This document shows positions 1 to 9,900 of a DNA stretch of 64,000 bases, in pieces. Where the stretch lies: positions 124,001 to 188,000 of the forward strand of contig NIVC01001665.1 in assembly GCA_002269645.1 (NCBI GenBank), in the 5' to 3' direction. The notes below the pieces were generated by a model that was not told where the DNA came from, did no database searches, and worked only from the letters and a program-made list of their open reading frames with translations. Position numbers and translations under genes: made by a program. Source of the DNA: Macrostomum lignano (taxonomy: Eukaryota). Position 1 is the first letter of the stretch, and each line of letters begins with the position of its first letter.

Positions 1-214
1 GTGCCGTGCAGATAAGCAGAAAATTATTTGCATGGCATATGTAGAAGATAGGGCAGCTATCTCGTCAGTGTGCCGTGCGGATAAGCAGAAAATTATTCGC
101 ACGGCATATGTAGAAGATAGGGCAGCTATCTCGTCAGTGTGCCGTGCGGATAAGCAGAAAATTATTCGCACGGTACCGTTGGAATAAGACAGAAATTATT
201 CCTACGGTACCGTG
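1..214. repeat. 69-bp tandem repeat (about 2.5 copies, cut by the window edge) with strong internal hairpins, followed by a related 19-bp-stem hairpin
   Basis: GTGCCGTGC recurs at 1, 70 and 139. Each unit has a 15-bp stem GTGCCGTGCGGATAA/TTATTCGCACGGCAT and a 6-bp stem AGATAG/CTATCT. At 169-214, CACGGTACCGTTGGAATAA pairs with TTATTCCTACGGTACCGTG (1 mismatch). Confidence 0.85.
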
Positions 215-1186
215 GGGATAAGCACTGCCTAATATTTTTTCAGCCTTTGATGATTCTTCTTTAAAGATAGAAATAAAATAAATGAACTCAGGAAATTCAG
301 ATGCATTAATTGAAACATTAAATAAAGAAAATAGGCACATGAACAATTTAAATATCAACGAATATACAGTTTCTGTCTTTCTTTGTCTAGACTGAGTGTC
401 TAAAATGAAATTATATGAAATCCTTGAGCTTAAGATTCACGTTTTATGGAAAGTATGAAACTAAATAAGCGCGAAATATTTATCACGCATGAGTGAATTT
501 ATTAATTAATATATTTTAGTATGTTAAAATATAAATTTTTATTTTTATTTTTAAAATTACAAAAATAACTAATTTCTAAACGTCTAAACAGTTTAGTTTA
601 GTTTTAACTGTCAAAAATTCAAAAATGATATTTTCTGCGAATGAAAAACCATGAACAATGTCAAAACGCTACCCAAAACAAGGAAAAAGCACAAGCACAA
701 AGCACATGGCATGGCATGGCATGACAATCTTCGATTTTGACCAGGGGCAGACCAAGAAATTGTTTGAGAGAATCGCCAAATTATATCGAGCAAGTTACAA
801 CCCAATTTTAGAAAATAGACCTTGCATAGTTAATTACAGACAGTTACAGGCTAAATGTACAGCCCAATTTTTTGCCACGGCCACACCGCCACGGGCCACG
901 GCTGAAGGGCCTTTCCTCCCTCCCTAAGGCCTTCAGGGACATATGATTTTCATATCAGTCTAGCCATTATCTGAGTTTGACTATAGCTAGGCTAGGCCTA
1001 GCCAGGCCAGGCCCTACCACTACCACGTTTATGGCCTAGGGCCTATTATTGATGTTTGATTGAATTGGATGAAGAAATTAGGCCTAAGCAAACAAATTAA
1101 TATATAGTGTTAATGTCATAAGACTTGCAAGTTGCAGTCTTAGGGCATGCTTAGGTAGGCCTATATACCCTTATCAATGATAATAG

Positions 1187-1779
1187 GGCTATAGCCCAGG
1201 TTGCGGATGGTATGCATGTACGCCGGAAAAGTTCCGGCGTACAAAACGGCCACCCTAAGTCCTTGGCGTACACAATCGGCGTACACAAACCCTGGCGCAC
1301 TTAGTTGGCGTACACTATTGGTGTACACAAGTAATACAGCCACGTATACTTTTTTGGCATACAAATTTTGGTGAATAAATTCATGCCGTGCATGAGAATT
1401 GTAATGTAAATTAATGTTTTTACGTAAAGTAAAGGAAAATTTCTATCGTCAGTGATAAACATTTTGCTTCTTTTAAGTTAAAATAAATAAAATTAGTGTA
1501 AAATTTTGCTGGAAGTATTAATTTTGCATGATATTTTTTGTAGTTATAATTTAAGTTTGTTTAAATTGAAAATATTCGTAATATTTTAAAAACACTTTTC
1601 ATGCGAAAGCCTTTCTTAGAAAACTCTACTCGTGAAAACCGAATGACCTTTTTTTAGGAATTTTTGGTGTACATTTTAGTGCAACTTTTTGTTTTTGGCG
1701 TACACTGGCGTACAAAGTCCTTGATGCCCAAATTTTTTCCGGCGTACACGGGTACATGATCCGCACACTGGGCTATAGC
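1187..1779. mobile_element. Non-autonomous DNA transposon (MITE) with ~45-bp imperfect TIRs and subterminal GGCGTACAC repeats
   Basis: Left end GGCTATAGCCCAGGTTGCGGAT...TGTACGCCGGAAAA; right end TTTTCCGGCGTACAC...ATCCGCACACTGGGCTATAGCC. About 10 GG(C/T)GTACA motifs cluster near both ends around an AT-rich core. The palindrome GGCTATAGCC on both sides could be TSD or TIR; superfamily unresolved. Confidence 0.75.
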
Positions 1780-3129
1780 CTAGCCTATGCTATGCCCTAT
1801 ATATGTTTGGTTATTGGCTACAAAGCTAAGTATATACATAACTGAAGTATTCAACAAGAAAACTTTGTTTTTTATAATAATTTATTTATAAAAATGTTAT
1901 GACCCTACATATTGTATATATATAATATAATTTATTTTTATCTAATTTTGTAAATACAAAATTCCTTGTTATACATTTAACTGGTTTAACTAGGCCTAGG
2001 GTGAGGGCCCTAGGCTAGATATTATAAATGCCTTTAACTTTTATAATTATTGAATGTAGTAAAAATTAAAAAGAATAGTTATTAAATATTAAACATTAGA
2101 AAACTGTTTAAACTATATTCAACTTTTTTCTAGGCATATGCTTAGTTAGAGACAAGCAAAATAGATAGATTATAGCCAACTTGCATATTAAATTATTTGT
2201 ATATATAGCCAGCACAATGCATAGGACAATTAGCGGTGGCCATGCCAACCACAGCATGTGTGCCATGCTACTTGCTAGACCATATATATTTTATTTTTAA
2301 TAGCAATACTTATAACATCTCTTTAGAACTAATTACTAATTCCTTTTGAATAGGTCTTGTATTTAAGCCTAATCACAATGACGCCTAATCAGAAAGATGA
2401 AAAAAGAGAGAAGTGAGCCTCTATCCTAAGGTGCTAATTTTATAATGATAGTAAACAATATGATTGAGTTATATTGGCAATATTTTGAATTTGGTCATTT
2501 TTTGTCAAGGCAAATAGAATAAAGTTTTTTTTACAAGTTCATATCAATATCTAAAGGAAATAATACCAGGGTGGAAAAATCAATAAGGAGAAAAAGAAAT
2601 AAGAGCACAAGTGTATAAAACAATATATATGAAAAGTCAATATGTACAATATGATAAGTCATAAACTCTAAGAAATATAGATTGATAGCTAAAAGTAGAG
2701 TACAATAGTATATATGTCTAGAGAAAGAAAAAAGAAATAAAAGTTGGCAAAGCAAAGTAAATATATTTAAGAATGATAGGTAATAGATCAACATAGAAAA
2801 ATAAACAAATAAAAACTATATTGTGAATTTATGGCTAGAACAATACAAATAGGCCTAAAAACCTTTAAATGTCAAATAAAAATTTTGAACAAGAATATCA
2901 CTAGAAATAAAAAAGTTTAATAATAAAAAATGAATATTGTGTAGAAAGGGTTCTATTGCATGGCATCATAGTCAACAATCTGTACAAACAAATATATACT
3001 ATAGCAGAAGAGCAGAAAAAATCATGGACTAAAAAGAGCAAAAATTATTATTTGCATCAAAAACTGCATTAGTTGATTGGCAGGTTCAAGCTGACTATAG
3101 GTAGGCAGCATTGGGGCCTTGTAGTATCA

Positions 3130-5200
3130 TGCTAGCCAGTCTCTCACCATGGCAACTAGGGCATTGGATGCTGCACAATGGGGCAAAATCAGCAGGATGG
3201 CCAGATTGTTGGTGCCATGCAGGGCATTGATCAGCTTGACTTCATGGTTCTAATGCTGTTCATTAGCTTCTGGTCCTAAGCTATCCCAAGCCTACATGCT
3301 GGTGACAGTGAAACCTGTCAGCCTGAGGCTATCACTAGTAAAGTGGCGGGCTACTGCAGTGTTTTGGGCATGTCAGATGTCGCCAATGTGCACCAGCATG
3401 CGTCCAAAGATGCTGTTGGTCAGTCCTGCCAACATAGACCATGTGATTTCACCAGTGGCAGAACATGGCGTAGATGGAATTCATTTCGTTGCAGTCGATC
3501 CTCTAACTGATGATGAGTTGGACCAATATGGCAGCTGATCTGGGGCAGATGGAGCTGAACCTGGCATGTGCTGGGCCAGGTTGCACAGCAGGAAGCCAAA
3601 CTCCCACCCTCTGGTCGGGTAGAAGCCTAGTTCAGTCAACATGTATTTGATGGACGTGCAGAATAAATGCCAGCTGTAGTCTTGGTGCTGCACCAGATTC
3701 AACATCAGCCTGGATAGACGCTGCGTCGAATTCGGCCATCCGGGAGCACCGCCAGGCGTACCTGAGGAGCCTGGGACTTCACCACGCCCCGGAAAGTTTG
3801 CTTAGGATGGAAAAAGTTGTGGTGGATGAGGGGCTCACCTGTGTGTACTCGTATGTGTGTAACCATTGCTCAGTTCAGGTCAGAAAATTGAGTCGCTAAG
3901 GCAGAGAAAGTTAGTGTCCTCCACCAAATGCCGCCAGAGGTCTACTTCCAGGATGGTTGGATTGGCTAGGCATTGGAACAGATGTCTAGAATCATGCGGG
4001 GAGGACCCGCAGTCCGGACAACTGTCCTGGATCACGGCCTCCAGACGATGCCGGTAGCTATTCAGGAGTAGTGAGTAGCCGCTGCTCAGCATAAGACGAC
4101 GAGGGGGGGGAGGGCAGCTCAACACAGATGTTGAGGGCTCGGCTGTCTCGTTGGGCTTGAAGAACACCATGGTTCCCAGGCTCTTGTTGTCGCCCTCGCG
4201 GTCCCAGAAGACGGTGGTGTCCAGGAAGTAGACTTCGGTGCTGCTGTAGCTTAATTGTACTCGTAGCCGAATGTTTGGGTCGAGGGTGTCCAGATGTTGG
4301 TGAAACCGAACCAGCTCCGCCTCTGTTCCCCGTTACTCTTCAAAGACGTCGTCAATGTAGCGGAGCCACAGACGGCTTCTGTGGTCTGGTCCCCAGGCCT
4401 CTCTGCTCTGCTCCCAGTAGCCCATGTAACCTTCCGTCGAACTCTAAGTCGTTGTGCTCCAGGGTCAGCTTGAGCAGGCTGGCATCGGCTGTCCGGGCGC
4501 TCCCTAAAAGCCCTTCGCACGCACTCGAGACCGGCCATCGTCGGGATGTTGGTGTACAGGCTGACGCGTCCATGGTGAACAAGAAGGCCTCCTCGGGCGC
4601 CGGACAGGTGATCCCGTGGATGGCGGCCTGGAAGTGGTCCGTATCCCTGATGAAGCTGGGCAGCTTGATGACGATCGGCTGCAGGAAGCTGTCAATGAAT
4701 CGGCCGCTGGCGTAGGACTCGCTGTCCACGTCAGACACAATGGGCCGACCCGGAGGAATGTCGCCGAGCGGCCAAGACTCGACAGGCTTGTGGGGATCTT
4801 CGGCAAAAAGTAGAAGTACCGCATGCGGAACTCGCTCTTCGGGCTAAATGCATTATACTGGCGACGATCAATAATTCCAGCTGCGACTTAAAAACGCAGC
4901 GGATCATCTGAGCTGTGAAGCAGTTGATCGGCGCGTTCATGGGCCGATAGAACAGCGGGTCCTCCAGCTGACGCAGGCACTCAAGAACATAGTCTTGCCC
5001 GGTTCAGAATGACCAGCTGGCTGCCCTTGTCGGCCGGCTTGATGAGGATGGGCTTGTCCGCCCGTAGGTCCCGCAGGGCCTTCGCCTCCGCCTCGCTGAT
5101 GTTTGGAGCTTTCCTGCAGTCTTTGATGCCGTCTCGAATGACGTCAAGCTCTTGCAGCATCGCTTAAGGCTCGGGCCTGAGATGACTCTGTTCGATGTTG
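3130..5200 (-). mobile_element. Degraded Penelope-like retroelement (RT + C-terminal GIY-YIG endonuclease), frameshifted and 5'-truncated
   Basis: PLE motifs occur in order on the minus strand: KPADKG (~5015-5040), RYFYFLPKI, PGRPIVSD, LPSFIRDTDHF...FTMD, YIDDVF, FLDTTV...FFKP, HPKQTFRGVVKSQ-LLRY, then IYAMFC (3464-3475) ... YVGRT (3428-3436) and AVARHF. Multiple stops and frameshifts. Left boundary approximate. Confidence 0.9.
3837..4131 (-). mobile_element. 3' fragment of a non-LTR retrotransposon (LINE C-terminal CCHC knuckle) nested in the PLE
   Basis: LSSGYSLLLNSYRHRL...CPDCGSSPHDSRHLFQC...LW matches LINE ORF2 C-termini. It is flanked by near-identical direct repeats TGAGGGGCTC (3827-3836) and TGAGGGCTC (4132-4140). 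Removing it rejoins the PLE motif KPNETA-EPLIHHNFFHPKQTF. Confidence 0.75.
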
Positions 5201-5609
5201 GTTGATATGCCAATCAATGTTGAAAAGCATTCAAGCTTTCTTTCCTATTATTCTTGCTTGCTACTCAATAGTATAAGTACCCAACTTTGTGTGACTTATG
5301 GACTAAGCTTTGTCATCAAGTAGTTATTATGTGTAAGTTTCACTAGTCTTGACTGCAAGAGAATTTCAAATAAAAAGACAACTGCACAATTAAAAAATAA
5401 GTCAAGCTAAAATTCTAATTATTATATCTATCACTTTCATTAAGCTATACTTACCGTAAAAACAAAACCATTTTGAAGGTAGAAATTTAATTATGAATAA
5501 CTTTTACAACTACTCTACTTGTAGTAAAAATGTTGGCAAAAATAGTTTAAATCTTTACAAGCAGTAAAAATGTTAGGCTTTTAACTTAGTCAACAACACA
5601 ACATTCCAG

Positions 5610-5894
5610 CCTCAAGGCAAGATCAAAGTGAAGGCCAAGCTGCCCGCTCAGGAGGCGAGGCGCCGCCAAACTCCGACAGGTAAAAAGACCAGCGAACGCG
5701 AGAAAACTCGCAAAGGTCGAGTCGACAAGGCGCCAAAACGAGCTGGCGCCGTTGCTTCCCAGTCGAGTGCGCGCGATGTGCAGCGCGCTTTCGATCGAAT
5801 GATTGCCAAGAAGGTTGAAGAGGAATGCCGGGCCAAGGCCAAGAGCCAGACTGGCTACGAGTCCAAGCTGGATCAGGGGCAGAGCAACTCTTAA
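5610..5894 (+). CDS. C19orf53: Small basic protein, C19orf53 / Leydig-cell-tumour 10 kDa / UPF0390 (DUF2462)-like; initiator Met not encoded locally
   Basis: PQGKIKVKAKLP...KTRKGRVDKAPKR...RAFDRMIAKKVEEECRAKA resembles the family pattern M(A/P)QG..K......RKG...IAPKK...I.KKIE (recalled, not searched). It starts right after acceptor TTCCAG (5604-5609); in-frame TAG at 5574-5576. Confidence 0.65.
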   Translation, partial: PQGKIKVKAKLPAQEARRRQTPTGKKTSEREKTRKGRVDKAPKRAGAVASQSSARDVQRAFDRMIAKKVEEECRAKAKSQTGYESKLDQGQSNS

Positions 5895-6064
5895 AGCTGG
5901 TGGAGCTTTGGAGCTACTGTGTTTGGTTGCTATGGTAGCAGCCAAACAGCCCACTGAACCCCTTGTAAATTTATGAAAAATATAAAATGTCCTGGAGTTC
6001 TGCGTTCTGGCGCTTTGGTGTACCATTAATTTCTTCTTTGATATTATTTTACAATTTAATTTTC

Positions 6065-6815
6065 CTCAGTTGCTGGCCAGCCTCCCAGATCCTCTGTTGC
6101 TGGGCCAGCCTCCCAGATCCTCAGTTGTTAAGTCAGCCTCCCAGATCCTCAGTTGCTGGGCCAGCCTCCCAGATCCTCAGTTGCTGGGCCAGCCTCCCAG
6201 AGTGTCAGTTTCTGGGCCAGCTTCCCAGAGTGTCAGTTTCTGGGCCAGCCTCCCAGAGTGTTAGTTGCTGGGGCAGCCTCCCAGAGTGTCAGTAGCTGGG
6301 ACAGCCTCCCAGAGTGTCAGTTTGCCGGGCCAGCCTCCCAGAGGGTTAGTTTCTGAATTCTGGGACAGTCTCCCAGATCCTCCGTTGCTGGGCCCGCCTC
6401 CTAGATCCTCAGTTGCTGGGTATCACAGATCCTCAAATGCTGGGTATCACAGATCCTCAATTGCTAGGCCTCTCAGATCCTCAATTGCCAGGCCTCCCAG
6501 ATCCTCAATTGCTAGGCCTCCCAGATCCTCAATCGCTGGGCCACCCAGATCCTCAATTGCGAGGCCTCCCAGATCCTCAATTGCGAGGCCTCCCAGATCC
6601 TCAATTGCTAGGCCTCCCAGATCCTCAATTGCGAGGCCTCCCAGATCCTCAATTGCGAGGCCTCCCAGATCCTCAATTGCTAGGCCTCCCAGATTCTCAA
6701 TTGCGAGGCCTCCCAGATCCTCAATTGCTAGGCCTCCCAGATTCTCAATTGCGAGGCCTCCCAGATCCTCAATTGCTAGGTCTCTTAGATCCTCAATCGC
6801 TGGGTCACCCAGCAC
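6065..6815. repeat. Minisatellite whose unit shifts from 28 bp (CAGTTGCTGGGCCAGCCTCCCAGATCCT) to 24 bp (CAATTGCGAGGCCTCCCAGATCCT)
   Basis: Period 28 measured at 6184/6212; period 24 at 6551/6575. The 24-bp part produces the spurious repetitive ORFs in the track. Confidence 0.95.
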
Positions 6816-6928
6816 CAGCCTAAAACTGTCCTAGTTCCTATAAAGCACATTCAAACGCCAAGTTTTAGCTATAACAAAGCATTGCTCCCAACAGAAATTA
6901 CAGACTTGCTCTTAATTAAAAATTTCAG

Positions 6929-9900
6929 TCATCAAGTTCGTCAGCACCAGAGCGGCAGCGACCGCTGTGTCCCCACGAAGCCGATTGCCCGGAAACCGGG
7001 CTGCTGCACTTTGCAGATTTCATTCATCCCGATGAAGACAAAGATTTAAACAATAGTCAGGTGCAAATGGAAGCTATTAGTAGCGATGCCTATCACCATG
7101 GCAACAGTGATGAGGAAGCTACTAGCCAAGATGACGAAGCGGGAGATGCTGGAAAGAAACCATCATTGCAGAGACAAGACACCCTGCCAGTTAATGAGAA
7201 TGGGATTTCTGAATCTAAACGGCAAAAGTTGGATAACTCAGTAGGTTTGCCTTCTTCTGAACCGGACAATGATAAGGTATTTAGTTTGAACCTTGCTACC
7301 ATTAGTAGTTTTTTTGCTCATTAAAGTTACTAATCGCACATGAAAATAGATGATTAGCCATGAGGTCTTTAATACTTCGTGTGCAAATTTCTTATTGCAA
7401 AATACCGGGACACCACACCATAATCTAGTTCTCTACTAACAGTAAAAATATAAGGAAATACGTTTAACAGTATGTAAAGCTAATAAAATCATGTTCGGGG
7501 CGCTTACACCACAAGACCTAAACATCACATGACCGAAATATCACCTGACTGAAACATCACATGACCGAAACATTACATGACCGAAACATCACATGACCGA
7601 AATATCACCTGACTGAAACATCACATGACCGAAACATTACATGACCGAAACATCACATGACCGAAATATCACCTGACTGAAACATCACATGACCGAAACA
7701 TTACATGACCGAAACATCACATGACCGAAATATCACCTGACTGAAACATCACATGACCGAAACATTACATGACCGAAACATCACATGACCGAAATATCAC
7801 ATGACCGAAACATTACATGACCGAAAAATCACATGACCGAAACATTACATGACCGAAACATCACATGACCGAAATATCACATGATCAAAACATCACATGG
7901 CTGAAACATCATAAGACGAAAGCATCACATGACCGAAGCATCACATCACCGAAACATCACATGACCGAAACATCACATGACCGAAGCATCACTTCACCGA
8001 AACATCACATGACCGAAACATCACATCACCGAAACATCACATGACCGAAACATCACATGACCGAAACATCACATGACCGAAACATCACATGACCGAAACA
8101 TCACATAATCAAAACATCACATGACCGAAATATCACCTGACCAAAACATCACATGGCTGAAACATCATAAGACGAAAGCATCACATGACCGAAGCATCAC
8201 ATGACCGAAACATCACATGACCGAAACATCACATGACCGAAACATCACATGACCGAAACATCACATGATCAAAACATCACATGACCGAAACATCACATGA
8301 CCGAAACATCACATGACCGAAACATCACATGATCAAAACATCACATGACCGAAATATCACCTGACCAAAACATCACATGGCTGAAACATCATAAGACGAA
8401 AACATCACATGACCCAAACATCACATGACCCAAACATCACATGACCCAAACATCACATGACCCAAACATCACATGACCCAAACATCACATGACCCAAACA
8501 TCACATGACCCAAACATCACATGACCCAAACATCACATGACCGAAACATCACATGACCGAACCATCGCATGAATACATGTAAGGCATCACATGACCGAAA
8601 CATCACATGACCGAAACATCACATGACCGAAACATCACATGACCGAAACATCACATGACCGAAACATCACATGACCGAAACATCACATGACCGAAACATC
8701 ACATGACCGAACCATCGCATGAATACATGTAAAGCATCACATGACTGAAACATCTCAACAAAAACTCAAAATGTCACCCCAGCAACCGCACGCTCTCTCC
8801 CGCGGCCTGTCGCTCATGCGCCAGTACAGCGCCATGTCTCACGCCGAGCGCAAAGCCCTGGTAGCCGAGGCCCTGGCCGCTCGTCGAAGCCTCGAGCTTC
8901 GCTTGGCCCGAGCCGAATCTCGAGAGCGTCGCTTATCAAGCGTTGGCTGCGTCGGGCTGCCCGTCCTGCCTGGAGAGCTGGAAGCCATTCGAGACCATCG
9001 ATACCTGACCGTGTCGCTTGATTCATCCGACTCGACTCGATGGAATTGCGGCTCACCGGAGGAGTCTCATTATCGACTGGCTGAGTCGCAGTTTCATCGG
9101 CTGTTAGCCAGGGACTGCGTTGGATGGTTAGCGGCCTTGATTGATGCCGGAATTCTGTCTCACTGCTCACTGATTTTTCTGCTTAGGCTTGTTGATGAGA
9201 TTATTGTCTGTCTTTGTCCGCTTGTACCGATTCTTCTGGTTTTGATGGCGTTCTCAAACTTCTTTAACTTCTATTCCCCTTTCTGGCTGCCTCTCTCTGA
9301 CTCCACCTCTGATTCTCCCTTGCTGACTCTCCCTTTGACTCTCTCCATCTCTGACTCTCCCTCTGAATCTCTCCCTCTCTGACTCTCCCTCTCTGGCTCT
9401 CTCTCTGATGTCGCTCTAGCTCTCTCCCTCTCTGACTCTCTCCCTCTTACTCCCTAGCTCTCTCTCTGACTCCCACCTGACTGTCGCTCTTTCTCTCCCA
9501 CTCTCTGACTCTCTCCCTCTCTGACTTTCCCTCTGACTCTCCCTCTGATTCTCTCCCTCTTACTCCCTGGCGCTCTCTCTGACGTCGCTCTTGCTCTCTC
9601 CCTCTCTGACTCTCTCCCTCTCTGACTCTCTCTGACTCTCTCCCTCTCTGACTCTCTCTGACTCTCTCCCTCTCTGACTCTCTCTGACTCTCTCCCTCTC
9701 TGACTCTCTCCCTCTCTGACTCTCTCCCTCTTACTCCCTGGCTCTCTCTTTGACTCCCACCTGACTGTCGCTCTTGTTCTCTCCCTCTCTAGCCCTCTTT
9801 CTGTTACTCTCTTGCCTTCTCTGGCTTTTTACTAACTCCCTTACTCCCTCTCCCCTTCATTCCACATATGTAAAGCGATCGTAGCTTAAAACTTGAAACC

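Noticed and set aside
1-170. Hammerhead ribozyme (minus-strand CTGACGA followed by a stem, near a PLE)
   Set aside because: The base after stem II is TTCT, not the required GAAA, and no stem III/cleavage triplet is evident.
2531-2794. Hydrophobic minus-strand ORF resembling a membrane or mitochondrial protein (NUMT)
   Set aside because: Explained by T-rich composition; no recognisable mitochondrial motif.
6265-6834. Long repetitive ORFs (RPPRSSIA / LPDPQLRG)
   Set aside because: They are open in several frames only because the unit is 24 bp without stops. The same applies to ORFs at 10235-10999, 14723-15547, 16604-17161, 19916-20448, 27379-27987, 53353-54596, 57305-58009 and 63039-63809.
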